NCBI GenBank assembly: GCA_963678315.1
Contig: OY782781.1
Span: forward strand, 1,760,001 to 1,824,000
From: Candidatus Cloacimonadales bacterium
Lineage (GTDB): Bacteria; Cloacimonadota; Cloacimonadia; Cloacimonadales; JAFGVF01
Direction: 5' to 3'
DNA length: 64,000 nt
Position numbers and translations under genes: made by a program. The first letter of the stretch is position 1. Each line of letters opens with the position of its first letter. The notes beneath the pieces were generated by a model that was given only the letters and a program-made list of their open reading frames with translations, was not told the origin of the DNA and searched no databases. This document shows, in pieces, positions 10,402 through 20,440 of this stretch.

Positions 10402-10857
10402 ATGAAATTAAGTCCTACAGAAAAAGTAATCCAAGAGAAAATGAAAGCAGGAGTACTTACTTATGAAGGCTTCTTGGGAAATGATAAAAGAAACTATCTT
10501 GATATTATAGCTGATGATAAAAAGATAATAAATAGTTTTGATAAGTCTCTACAAGAAATTGCAGAAAAAATGAAATATTTAATGGAAAAATCTTTTCAAT
10601 CCTATGATGGTTCAATAGTAATTGATAAGAAATTTGAAGTAGAATATACTTCTTTTAGAGGTATTCTGATAAGTCCATTCCCTGGTGCAGGTAAGTTTGG
10701 CAAAGCTATCATTCGTGTAACAAACTTAGAAAATAACAAGAGTGTAATGTGGACTCCTTTACATGTTCATTTTATCAAAGATTATGGTTTCTTTGAAGGA
10801 CAAGGTTCTAAGTTTAGGATTGATCCTCAATTACTTTATCAGGTTCTTTTTGGATAA
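10402..10857 (+). CDS. Hypothetical protein (151 aa) directly downstream of nqrF
   Basis: AGGAGG RBS, 9 nt after nqrF stop; no motif recognised. Confidence 0.75.
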   Translation: MKLSPTEKVIQEKMKAGVLTYEGFLGNDKRNYLDIIADDKKIINSFDKSLQEIAEKMKYLMEKSFQSYDGSIVIDKKFEVEYTSFRGILISPFPGAGKFGKAIIRVTNLENNKSVMWTPLHVHFIKDYGFFEGQGSKFRIDPQLLYQVLFG

Positions 10858-12188
10858 TGAAGTATATTGATAGAATCAAAAGATTAAATAGCAAACTCCC
10901 CCGAAATGGGGAGTTTGTTCTATATTGGATGCAGCAATCTCAACGAATAAACTATAATCATGCCTTGAATATAAGCATTAAGATAGCAAATAAGAGACGA
11001 ATACCCTTAGTCGTATTATTTGTATTGAATAAGAATTTCCCTCATGCTAATCTAAGGCATTTTACCTTTATGGTTCAAGGTCTAAAAGAACTTGAAGATA
11101 ACTTTAGGGATAGAAAAATTACTTTTATCATCGAAGAAGGTGACTTTCAAGAAGTAGTTCCAGCTTATGCTAAAAAGTCAGTAATGCTATTAACCGACAG
11201 AGGCTATCTGAGCTTTCAAAGAGCTATTCGAGAAAATATTGCTAAAAGTGTTGACCTTGCTATGTATCAAGTAGAATCAGATATTGTTGTACCAGTAGAA
11301 ATTGCCTCAGATAAAGAAGAATATATGGCTCGAACTATTAGAAAGAAAATTAATAAACTTCGAGAATTCTTTCTAACTCCATTACGACCAGAAGAATATA
11401 AAATGGGATTCTATAAAAAAGTGCCTTACTTAAATTTTGAATCCTTTCTGGATAAGCTAGATACTACTGTAAAGCCTTCGATAGACTTTGTAGGAGGATA
11501 TTCTCAAGCAATAAAGAGATTAGACTTCTTTCTTGAAGATTTACTTGAAAACTATGACCAAACAAATAAGAGTTTGGTAGAAAGTAACTTTTCAAAACTG
11601 AGTCCTTATTTACATTTTGGACAGATTTCACCTCTTGAGATAGCTATGAGAGTCCTGAATTCAAATGCGAGAGATGAAGCCAAAGAAGCTTTTCTCGAAC
11701 AGTTAATTGTTAGACGTGAACTTGCTATTAATTTCTGTTACTATAATACTTCTTACGAGGATTTGCTTTCTTTCCTACCAAAGTGGGCAAGTCAGAGCTT
11801 ACTTAATCATGTTGATGATTCTAGAGAGTTTATTTATTCTATTAAAGATCTGGAAGAGGCTAAAACACATGACCATGCGTGGAATGCTTGCCAAAAACAG
11901 CTTACTAAAACAGGTTATATGGAAAATTACATGCGAATGTATTGGGGTAAGAAAGTCATTGAATGGACTCTACATCCTCAAGAAGCCTACGAAATTCTTA
12001 TATATTTAAATGATAAGTACGAACTTGATGGGAGAGATGCTAATGGCTATACGGGAGTTGCTTGGTGTTTTGGAAAGCATGATACAGCTTGGAAAGAAAG
12101 ACCTATTTTCGGGAAAACTCGCTATATGAACTTCAAGGGACTTAAAAGAAAATTTGATATTCAAGCTTATATAAATAAGTGGCTATAG
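10857..12188 (+). CDS. phrB: Deoxyribodipyrimidine photolyase, class II type
   Basis: VLYWMQQSQR, SKLSPYLHFGQIS, EQLIVRREL, YMRMYWGKK, LDGRDANGYTGVAWCFG. Confidence 0.9.
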   Translation: MKYIDRIKRLNSKLPRNGEFVLYWMQQSQRINYNHALNISIKIANKRRIPLVVLFVLNKNFPHANLRHFTFMVQGLKELEDNFRDRKITFIIEEGDFQEVVPAYAKKSVMLLTDRGYLSFQRAIRENIAKSVDLAMYQVESDIVVPVEIASDKEEYMARTIRKKINKLREFFLTPLRPEEYKMGFYKKVPYLNFESFLDKLDTTVKPSIDFVGGYSQAIKRLDFFLEDLLENYDQTNKSLVESNFSKLSPYLHFGQISPLEIAMRVLNSNARDEAKEAFLEQLIVRRELAINFCYYNTSYEDLLSFLPKWASQSLLNHVDDSREFIYSIKDLEEAKTHDHAWNACQKQLTKTGYMENYMRMYWGKKVIEWTLHPQEAYEILIYLNDKYELDGRDANGYTGVAWCFGKHDTAWKERPIFGKTRYMNFKGLKRKFDIQAYINKWL

Positions 12189-12234
12189 TATTTTTAGATA
12201 AGCTACTAATTAATAAAAAACTACTAAATAATGG

Positions 12235-12263
12235 TTGACATGTCATGACAATTAACAGATAAT
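12235..12263 (+). promoter_or_regulatory. Sigma70-like promoter with overlapping palindromes
   Basis: TTGACA-17 nt-GATAAT; palindromes TGACATGTCA and TGTCATGACA overlap or abut the -35. Confidence 0.6.
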
Positions 12264-12302
12264 ATACCAAATCATAATTGATTATCTTTATGAGGAGAAA
12301 AG

Positions 12303-12989
12303 ATGAAGAAAATAATGTTTTGGTTTATACTATTAATTACTTTTGGACAAGTTTGTGCTGACCAATCTAAGTTAACTTATGAAGAAAATCTTATATATGA
12401 TAAGCTTGTTGATGAATCAGTCTGTCATTTGTATGAAAGTTTCCTTAAAATCCCAGACTCTAAGTTTGTAGGAAAAGATGGTAGAGAAATACAAGGGTTT
12501 GGAATCGTATTTGAAAGCGATTTGGAAGATAAAGTATCGGATAAGTTTAGACAGAAGTTTACCAAGACAAAATTCAAGGTTTATAGAAAGGAAGGTGTCG
12601 ATAAACTACTTGAAGAGCAAGCAATACAATCGCAAGATTTTTATTCAAAAGCAGGTAGATTAAAGATAGGTCAATTAACTCAATGGAAAGGCTATTTAGT
12701 TGGAAAGATTAATTATAGACTTGATAATCACTTGTTCAAGAAGAGTGTATATGTTGATATAACTAGTGACTTTTTTAACCTCGAAGATGGCAATCTTATA
12801 TGGAGCGATAAGTATACTAATTCTTATAAAGTAAAATTACCAATAAAAGTATATTTGATAGGTCTTGCTGTTGTCCTAATTCTAACAATATTGTTTAACA
12901 TTCTTACTAGAGGCAAGTCAACTACTTTAATAATGGGATTAGCTCTTGTAGGCGTAACTTCCTATTCAATATGGTTTTTTGTTTTATAG
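12303..12989 (+). CDS. Exported membrane-anchored protein, CsgG/LpoB-like domain plus two C-terminal TM helices
   Basis: Signal peptide; VDKLLEEQAIQ...LKIGQLT...NLEDGNLIWS pattern; hydrophobic C-terminus. Confidence 0.55.
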   Translation: MKKIMFWFILLITFGQVCADQSKLTYEENLIYDKLVDESVCHLYESFLKIPDSKFVGKDGREIQGFGIVFESDLEDKVSDKFRQKFTKTKFKVYRKEGVDKLLEEQAIQSQDFYSKAGRLKIGQLTQWKGYLVGKINYRLDNHLFKKSVYVDITSDFFNLEDGNLIWSDKYTNSYKVKLPIKVYLIGLAVVLILTILFNILTRGKSTTLIMGLALVGVTSYSIWFFVL

Positions 12990-12997
12990 GAGGACTT

Positions 12998-14311
12998 ATG
13001 AAAAGACCTTTAATATTATGCATGTTTGTTCTTCTAAGCATGGTTATGATTTCTTGTTCAAGTAATGTAGATACAATAAAACAAGCTGAACAAACTATTC
13101 CTGAATGGTATCTAAACCCTCCGCAAGTGAATGATTTATTTGTTTACGCTACTGCTTCTGGTTATTCAGTTGATATTGCTTCTAAAAATGCAAAGAGTAA
13201 GATTTCTGAATATTATAGATCTTACATTGAGTCTGAATACCTTGAAGCAATACATTCTTCTATTAATAATGATAAAGAGAATCTAGAGCAGTATGTTTCA
13301 AGCAAAATAAGTTTGCTTTCTAATTTAGAGATTCCTGGTATTACTATTTCAAAGGCTAAAGAAGTGAATGGCTTATTCTATGTGCTTGCTGTAATGGATA
13401 GAGATGTCTTCGAACAAAGGCAGAATGATATCCGCAACAAAATGATTGCTCTAGTAAAAGATGGCGATATTGCAAAAGATATTGGAAATAAGCTAAGTAC
13501 ATACTACTTAAGTGCTTCTTTGTTACCTAAACTACTTACTCCAACAATATATAATGATCAACTTATGTATGCTTATCTGAAGAAGCAAATCAATAAGATT
13601 GTATCTGCTATAAATGTTAATTATACTTTTCATAAATACTCTCAAGTTTCTGATTATGAAGCTTTAGTTATAACAATCAAGTCTGATGGGAAATGTCTGA
13701 AAGGTATTTCATTTCTAATTGATGGTCAATCGAACTATTCTGATGAAGCAGGTAAGTTCTATCTCCAAAATGATGAACAAGAACCTTTTGATATAACTGT
13801 GAAAATTGATCTTGATAATATTAACTTATCCAGTGAACTACAAGGTAAGGAAATTCAACAAGCAAAGGAAATTATTAATTTGATGACTTCCTTTAAGCAA
13901 AACATACATATAATTCCTCCTGTTGAATATAAAGCATATATAAGAGTAAATAGCTATATTGATCAGCTTTCTTCTAATAATAGCCAGCTTGAAAATATGA
14001 TAAAGCAATATTTTCTAACTAAGAATACAAAGATTACTGATGATAAAGACAATGCTAATCTAGTTATTGAAGTATCAACTTATGCAGAAGAATCTTCCTA
14101 TAATAATTATTTAGGCTATGCTTATAAGGCTGGGGGAGAGGTGACTATAGCTAATGCTAAGAATGAAATTAGCCTTATTGATTTAAATGATGAGGGAACT
14201 AGAGAAAAGACTAAGAGCTTTAATCAAAAGAAAAACATTGCAGCTTCCTCAGCAATTAAAGAGCTCAATAAAATAATCATTAATCGAATAAAAGAGATAC
14301 AAATTAAGTAA
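12998..14311 (+). CDS. Lipoprotein with LPP20-like N-terminal domain
   Basis: Start reassigned to ATG 12998 (AGGAGG RBS); lipobox-like MISC; IPEWYLNPP...ASKNAKSKIS. Confidence 0.65.
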   Translation: MKRPLILCMFVLLSMVMISCSSNVDTIKQAEQTIPEWYLNPPQVNDLFVYATASGYSVDIASKNAKSKISEYYRSYIESEYLEAIHSSINNDKENLEQYVSSKISLLSNLEIPGITISKAKEVNGLFYVLAVMDRDVFEQRQNDIRNKMIALVKDGDIAKDIGNKLSTYYLSASLLPKLLTPTIYNDQLMYAYLKKQINKIVSAINVNYTFHKYSQVSDYEALVITIKSDGKCLKGISFLIDGQSNYSDEAGKFYLQNDEQEPFDITVKIDLDNINLSSELQGKEIQQAKEIINLMTSFKQNIHIIPPVEYKAYIRVNSYIDQLSSNNSQLENMIKQYFLTKNTKITDDKDNANLVIEVSTYAEESSYNNYLGYAYKAGGEVTIANAKNEISLIDLNDEGTREKTKSFNQKKNIAASSAIKELNKIIINRIKEIQIK

Positions 14312-14314
14312 TTA

Positions 14315-16612
14315 ATGGAGATAACATTGAATACTAACGAATTAAACAATTTAATGAACAGTCCTTCCAAGAGGTTTTACTTAATAAAAGAGATTGAAAA
14401 TATAGCTCAAAAAGAAGCCAAAAGGCACAAAGATGATAGGAGCATAGTAAGGAAAATTGTTAATGCTATGGGTTCTCAAGAAACAGCTGTTGATGCCTAT
14501 AGTGATTTACAACAAGAAGTCGACCTATGTAAAAGTGTTACTGATCCTCTTGAAAAAGCATCTGTTCTAGTTAAAGCTCTAATAGTTACAAACAAATGTC
14601 AGTTAATAATTTCGTTCAAAGACCCTCAATACAGAAGAGCTTATAAGCAATTTAAGCATGATTATCATAGATGTGTTCAAAAGTTTGTAGAATTGCAGTA
14701 TAGGACTTCTCTTGATAAAATACTAATTAACCATTTAAGAGATGCCCTTAATGTTCTAGTTGAAAAGGGAGATATTACAGCTGAAAATAGAATAAAAGAG
14801 TTACCCGAATATGAGCTTCTGATTGAAATATACCGTAAGCTAGAAGTCAAATTAAAATCTCTTTTACATGACTTTAGTAAAGAGCTCCTTCAAGAATGTA
14901 AAGAGCTCCTTCTCCAATTCAAAAATAGTTCTTTAGCTAAGAAAATTAAGGATGAGATTGTTGAAACATTGCAACTTCTATATAACAGAATTATATTTAA
15001 ATCTAAACAAGCTATTGAGAATGAAATAAGCAATATTAACCCAAGTATCACAGCCATAACAAAGGCAATTGAGAACTATCTAGAAATGAAAGAAGCCTTT
15101 GCTGGTATTGGCTTAGAACTTGGTTCAAATAGCTATGATGATTTGTACAATGATCTTCTTTCATTACAATCTAGAGTTACAAAGGAATATCATAGAATTA
15201 AAGAATTATTACAGAACTTGAAAGAAGGAAAGCAAGCTCTTGAAGAAAACATTCTTGCTCACTATCTTGTCTTGAAGGAATTGACTACTTTTCTTAGTGA
15301 ATTTGACTTTTCTTATGCAGAAGTAGGAGATATATTAACTGAAGTAGAAGCTGGTATGCAAGAGCTCATAAATAGCATTGAACAAGTCAAAAAGAAGCAT
15401 ATTGAAGACTTGCACAAGCAGCTTAATAATCTCAATAAATCATCAATATCTAAAACTACAGCTACTTGGGTCGACCTCAGATCAATTGTTGAAGAAGAGT
15501 TGATTAGCTTTGAGAAAGAAGGAATAAAGTATCCTGAACTGAATACTTTTGTAAATGAGTTGAATAGCTTTCTTATAACTTATGTCGATGAACTAATAGA
15601 TGAATATAGTTTCGAAAGCCACATATCTAAAGAATATAAAGCAATGCTTACTGAACTGATTGATAAGCTTGGAATTCTAGTTGATATAGACTTAGACCTT
15701 CCTATGAAGTTATCAGAACTTAATAATCTTATTAGCAAATTGTCTAAGTGTGAAGAGCTAATTGATAATTATGAATCATCTAGCAATTCTGGAATTGGAA
15801 AGAAGAATATTGTTTACCTAAATAACAATTTAGAGGAAGTAATTAAGGCTTATAAAAACAGTGATATAATTAAATTACTGGATATAAATCCTTTATTTTT
15901 AAGGATTAGTAGTTTCCACCAAGCACTGCAGAGTAAAGTACAAGATTATTATAAAGAAAATGCTTGGGTGGGAAATCTTGTTCTTAGAAATCCTAAGTTC
16001 AATGTAAATATTGTTCTACTCAACGACTCAAGAGTCTTTCTTGGGAGAGCAGGGCAAGAATGGGATTTGATAAAAGGAAACAGAATATATATTCCTTGGG
16101 CTAGAATATCTGCTAATCACTTGTTGTTAGATTTTGAAAAGGGAATAATTGAAGATGTAGCTTCTTCCAATGGAAGTTATATTAACAAGAAGACATCTAG
16201 TATTACATGTGAGATGATGAAAGATGTAAGTGAGTTCAATCTCGCTAGTGATATGACCTTTCAGCTATTTTATCAACCTCAAGTCTTTAGTGGTTTTGTA
16301 TTTAAATCTTTTAGTACGCCTCACAGTAAAGTATTTCATGTTTCCTCTAAAGATGAATTATTCAATATTCTTAGTACTTGTTATTTCATTTACTTACCTC
16401 AAGATTTGCCTGAAGCAGAATTAATTATCCGAAAGTATGATGGAAAAGCTATTTATGGCAATGAGGTATTGGATTATAATGATTGCTATGTTATAACAAG
16501 AAGGAATAATATCTTTTATTACTCAGATAAAGCTTCTGGAATATCTAATCTGCCTATACTGAAAAACGATAACGAAAGAATGAAATTGCTTGTGTCGGCT
16601 AGAATTATGTAG
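14315..16612 (+). CDS. Large helical/coiled-coil protein with C-terminal FHA domain
   Basis: About 550 aa helical region, then FLGR...ISANH...DVASSNGSYIN (FHA GR, SxxH, NG motifs). Confidence 0.65.
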   Translation: MEITLNTNELNNLMNSPSKRFYLIKEIENIAQKEAKRHKDDRSIVRKIVNAMGSQETAVDAYSDLQQEVDLCKSVTDPLEKASVLVKALIVTNKCQLIISFKDPQYRRAYKQFKHDYHRCVQKFVELQYRTSLDKILINHLRDALNVLVEKGDITAENRIKELPEYELLIEIYRKLEVKLKSLLHDFSKELLQECKELLLQFKNSSLAKKIKDEIVETLQLLYNRIIFKSKQAIENEISNINPSITAITKAIENYLEMKEAFAGIGLELGSNSYDDLYNDLLSLQSRVTKEYHRIKELLQNLKEGKQALEENILAHYLVLKELTTFLSEFDFSYAEVGDILTEVEAGMQELINSIEQVKKKHIEDLHKQLNNLNKSSISKTTATWVDLRSIVEEELISFEKEGIKYPELNTFVNELNSFLITYVDELIDEYSFESHISKEYKAMLTELIDKLGILVDIDLDLPMKLSELNNLISKLSKCEELIDNYESSSNSGIGKKNIVYLNNNLEEVIKAYKNSDIIKLLDINPLFLRISSFHQALQSKVQDYYKENAWVGNLVLRNPKFNVNIVLLNDSRVFLGRAGQEWDLIKGNRIYIPWARISANHLLLDFEKGIIEDVASSNGSYINKKTSSITCEMMKDVSEFNLASDMTFQLFYQPQVFSGFVFKSFSTPHSKVFHVSSKDELFNILSTCYFIYLPQDLPEAELIIRKYDGKAIYGNEVLDYNDCYVITRRNNIFYYSDKASGISNLPILKNDNERMKLLVSARIM

Positions 16613-16650
16613 TATAAAGGCATCTTAATGCACTAAAGAAGAGAGAATAT

Positions 16651-17418
16651 ATGGAATATTATGGAATATCAGCTCATGGAAAGAAATCACCTGAGAATGA
16701 AGATAGTTATATCTTGCCAACAGGGCAAGGAGTAGATAGTACAGCTTCTTTCGGAATTGAAGCAGACTTCACGGATAAAGGCTATTTGTTTCTTGTTTGC
16801 GATGGTATGGGGGGACATCAGGCTGGTGAAGTAGCTAGTAAATTAGCAGTTAGTTGGTTATGGAAAGATTTTTATAGTGATGATGATATTGGCGATTATC
16901 GGCAATGGTTACATGAAGAAATCACGGACCTTAATAGTCGTTTATTTAACTTACAGGTAGAGCATGATGTTTATAATGGTATGGGAACAACTCTAGTTGG
17001 AGCCATAGTTAAAAATAGTATCGTTTACCCTTTCAATGTGGGTGATTCTCGTTGTTACATTATTAATGATGGTAGGATAAGGCAGTTAACTAAGGATGAT
17101 TCAGAAGTTTGGAAACTTTATGAGAAAGGGGCTATAACTAAGGATGAACTGGTTAATAACAGAAAAGGACATTTGATTACACAAGCTTTAGCCTTATATC
17201 CATCACTTAGTATTCATACCTATGATGCCGTAATTATTTCAGACACAAGTAAGCTACTGTTGTGCTCAGATGGCCTACATGATGTACTAACCGATTGTGA
17301 AATAGCAGATGTAGTTAATTCTACTAAGGACTTAAAAAAAGCTTGCAAGAGGTTGATTAAGAAAGCTAAGAAAGCAGGCTCAAAAGATGATATTACAGTC
17401 GTGATGATTACTAATTAA
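16651..17418 (+). CDS. PP2C-family Ser/Thr protein phosphatase (Stp1/PrpC-like)
   Basis: ENED, VCDGMGGHQAGEVAS, GMGTT, NVGDSRCY, LLCSDGL, DDITV. Confidence 0.92.
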   Translation: MEYYGISAHGKKSPENEDSYILPTGQGVDSTASFGIEADFTDKGYLFLVCDGMGGHQAGEVASKLAVSWLWKDFYSDDDIGDYRQWLHEEITDLNSRLFNLQVEHDVYNGMGTTLVGAIVKNSIVYPFNVGDSRCYIINDGRIRQLTKDDSEVWKLYEKGAITKDELVNNRKGHLITQALALYPSLSIHTYDAVIISDTSKLLLCSDGLHDVLTDCEIADVVNSTKDLKKACKRLIKKAKKAGSKDDITVVMITN

Positions 17419-18307
17419 CTTGCTTGCGTTTTCTTTTATTTATAAGATTTTTTATTACGCTCAGGTTGACTCCAATTATAACAATAGCAATTCCCAAGAA
17501 TTGTAGAGGTGTAAGTGTTTCTTTAAATATTAGATAGGCTAGAAATGATGCTATAATTGGCTTAAGAAAGAAGAACATTGCTCCAACAGTTGTGGGAACT
17601 CTTTTCAAGCCTTCGAAGAAGGTTAAGTAAGCAATTCCAGACACAAATATACCCAGATATCCAATTAGCATAAGATTAGAAGAAGTAGCCTCAAGAGTCA
17701 CATCAAAACCTGCTAATAATGATACAAGCAAGAGAACTAAAGCTCCCATTAGAAAGGATGTTGCATTTGTAACAAAGTTACCGTATTTCTTAACATAGCT
17801 TTTGGATATGACTGTATAAAGTCCGAATGATACTGCTGCTAAGCAACCAAAGATTATGCCTAGAATAGGGTGACTAGCACTTGTTTCTGACCCATGTTCT
17901 TGCAGAATAATTATACTTAAGCCTGTTACTCCTAAGAATAAACTTGTAATCTTAATTGGTGTAAGCTTTTCTTTATAGAATAGGGAAGAGAAGATAGCAA
18001 CAAAGATGGAGTTTGAACTGACAAGGATAGCACTAATAGAAGCTTCCCCATAAGATACAGCTAGTTGTAAGAACATCATAGAAAAGGTAACGTTTATTAT
18101 TCCTGGGACTGACAACTTTAGCAAATCGACAAGTTTAATTTTGTTTTTCTTGCCTTGTTTTATAGCAAAAGGAAGAATTAACAATCCACCAATAAGGAAT
18201 CTATAAATAGTTATAGCAAATGGGGATATATCATTCCCAATAAGCTTGCCTGTAACTTCCAAAGTAGAAAATAGAACTATCGTAAATAGAATTAGTAAAT
18301 ATCCCAT
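17411..18307 (-). CDS. DMT/EamA family transporter
   Basis: About 10 TM helices in two EamA-like halves. Confidence 0.85.
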   Translation of the reverse strand: MGYLLILFTIVLFSTLEVTGKLIGNDISPFAITIYRFLIGGLLILPFAIKQGKKNKIKLVDLLKLSVPGIINVTFSMMFLQLAVSYGEASISAILVSSNSIFVAIFSSLFYKEKLTPIKITSLFLGVTGLSIIILQEHGSETSASHPILGIIFGCLAAVSFGLYTVISKSYVKKYGNFVTNATSFLMGALVLLLVSLLAGFDVTLEATSSNLMLIGYLGIFVSGIAYLTFFEGLKRVPTTVGAMFFFLKPIIASFLAYLIFKETLTPLQFLGIAIVIIGVNLSVIKNLINKRKRKQVN

Positions 18308-18396
18308 AGCCTTACCTTTTTATATAATATTTTCTTCAAATAAAAAACCTTCTAATCTATAATAAACTAGAAGGTCTGTTTCAATAATTATATTTA

Positions 18397-18822
18397 CTAA
18401 TTTGTGTCTAGTGTTTTCATGAAATTAAATGCTCTTTCTATGAGTTGTTTAAGTATATCAAGATCGACATCAGCAAGTTTATTGATGTAAAGACAAGCTT
18501 TGCCAAACTTATGTTTACCTAGTTTGTCTAGTAAATCAGCTTGCTTTTCTAATTCATACATTAAGTAAAGTGAAAACTTAGTCTTTCTTGGAGAAAAACC
18601 AACTAAGAAAGTATCTCCTTCCCGACCGGTTTTGTATTTATAGTGATACTTTCCAAAACCTATCATTGAGTCTCCCCACATAACAGCTTCCAAGCCAGTT
18701 ATATCTTTCATTAGTTGAAGAATTTTATAACTGTCAGCGATTTTTTTCTCATTATCTATTGAATTGATGAAATCATCAACACTTTTTCCATTAGCTTTTG
18801 TTTTATTTTCATTTTTAGTCAT
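18397..18822 (-). CDS. DUF1801 (YdhG-like) protein
   Basis: MWGDSMIGFGKYHYKY, GFSPRK, LGKHKFGKACLYINKLADVD. Confidence 0.8.
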   Translation of the reverse strand: MTKNENKTKANGKSVDDFINSIDNEKKIADSYKILQLMKDITGLEAVMWGDSMIGFGKYHYKYKTGREGDTFLVGFSPRKTKFSLYLMYELEKQADLLDKLGKHKFGKACLYINKLADVDLDILKQLIERAFNFMKTLDTN

Positions 18823-18882
18823 AATATCCTCTCAAAGATTATTAAGGAAATTATAGTCATTTTCTATCAAAAATCTAGATAT

Positions 18883-20022
18883 TTATTGTATAGTCTCTAA
18901 GCTAAACCAAAAGATAGACCCATTAGGTGAATTTGGTTTATAACCAATCTTCCCATGATGAGCATTAATTACCTTTTGACTAATAGCCAGCCCTAGCCCA
19001 GTCGATATCTCATCACCAGTAGGTTGGGCTGATGTTTTTGAAAACGCTTTAAAAAGTTTATCTTGCTCAGATTCAGGTATTCCTACTCCATTATCTTTCA
19101 CTTCAAAAAGTATTTCTTCACCTTGATTAAAAACATCTATTACAACAGTCGTATTTTCATAAGAGTATTTTATTGAGTTAGAAACAAGATTTTCAATAAC
19201 CTGTTTTAAATAAGTTTGGTCTACTCTTACATAAGAACGTATATTGGCAGCAATATTAATATCAAGATGAATATTCTTATTTTTAGCTCTAAATCTATTC
19301 CGATTAAGAATGTCTTTTACTAAATCTATGAGGTTATATTTCCCTAGATTCATATCAAGCTTTCCAGCATTAACCTTTGATAAGTCTAGTAAATTCTGGA
19401 TTATATATAGCATATAAGCTGATGATTCTCCAATAATATCAAGAATTTCTTTAGTAGAATCTGTTATGCCATACTCTTCTTCATCTTCTAGAAGAAGGTC
19501 AACGAAAGAGTGTATTGCACCAATTGGATTTCTTAAGTCATGAGCTGCCATACCAAGAAGTTTATTTAGCTCATTAATATTCTTTTCAAGTGTCTTATTT
19601 TTGAATTCTAGTTCTTTCTTTTTGCTTATTAGGTCTCTTTGTAGAATTGTAATTTCTTTATTTAGTTTGAAGATAGAGTTTGATGCGTCAAGAATATCAT
19701 CAAAATCATACTCAAAAATCATTACAACATAATTATCTATACGAAAAATCCTACTATCCAGAGAGATGTATCCATCTACAGACCGTTTTGATGTAAAAGT
19801 TACTATGCCACTAAAAATATCCTTATCGTCACTCTCTTTAATCTTATTGATTATTGATGACCAAGTTGGGTTTTGAAAGCACTCAACAATATCATTATCA
19901 GCAAGTAATTTTTTCATACCACTATTCTGGTAATCAATTTTATAAGTGTCATTTAATATTAAGACTGAGGATGAATTGAAGTTATCAATTAATTCAATTA
20001 ATTCTTCTCTATTCATTTTCAT
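18883..20022 (-). CDS. Soluble sensor histidine kinase (PAS-like N-terminus, coiled coil, HisKA, HATPase)
   Basis: AAHDLRNP H-box; NLVSNSIKYS; DNGVGI; GLGLAI; no TM segment. Confidence 0.9.
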   Translation of the reverse strand: MKMNREELIELIDNFNSSSVLILNDTYKIDYQNSGMKKLLADNDIVECFQNPTWSSIINKIKESDDKDIFSGIVTFTSKRSVDGYISLDSRIFRIDNYVVMIFEYDFDDILDASNSIFKLNKEITILQRDLISKKKELEFKNKTLEKNINELNKLLGMAAHDLRNPIGAIHSFVDLLLEDEEEYGITDSTKEILDIIGESSAYMLYIIQNLLDLSKVNAGKLDMNLGKYNLIDLVKDILNRNRFRAKNKNIHLDINIAANIRSYVRVDQTYLKQVIENLVSNSIKYSYENTTVVIDVFNQGEEILFEVKDNGVGIPESEQDKLFKAFSKTSAQPTGDEISTGLGLAISQKVINAHHGKIGYKPNSPNGSIFWFSLETIQ

Positions 20023-20025
20023 TAA

Positions 20026-20427
20026 CTACCCTTCAAAGTAGAAAAGTTGTGATAGCATATAGAAGTAATACTCTTTAACTTTATTGAATTCTTCAATCTC
20101 CAGAATTTCTTTATATCCTTCTAACCAGAAATTTAGTTCCAAGTAGAAATAACTTCTTTTAAACCCATGATTTAAATATGATTTAAATACCCAAGCAAGA
20201 GTATTATCTAATGTTGATAAATCACCAGCTTTCCATAAAGAAATTACAAAGTTAATGTGGTTAGTATGATTCTTTTTCATACTATTTAAATTGTTTTCAC
20301 CAATGAAATCTTCAAACTTAGTATGTTTTAAAAACTTAGAGTTTACTTGAGCAATTAGCTGCTCTTTATTAATTTCTATTTTATTGATTGTTTCGATTTC
20401 AATCTTTGCTAATGAGTTTATAGACAT
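20026..20427 (-). CDS. Small all-helical protein, putative globin-like domain
   Basis: 133 aa; FIGENNLNSMKKNHTNHINF...LAWVFKSYLNHGF resembles, from recall, the helical domain fused to B12-binding proteins. Confidence 0.5.
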   Translation of the reverse strand: MSINSLAKIEIETINKIEINKEQLIAQVNSKFLKHTKFEDFIGENNLNSMKKNHTNHINFVISLWKAGDLSTLDNTLAWVFKSYLNHGFKRSYFYLELNFWLEGYKEILEIEEFNKVKEYYFYMLSQLFYFEG

Positions 20428-20440
20428 GATCCCTCCCTTA

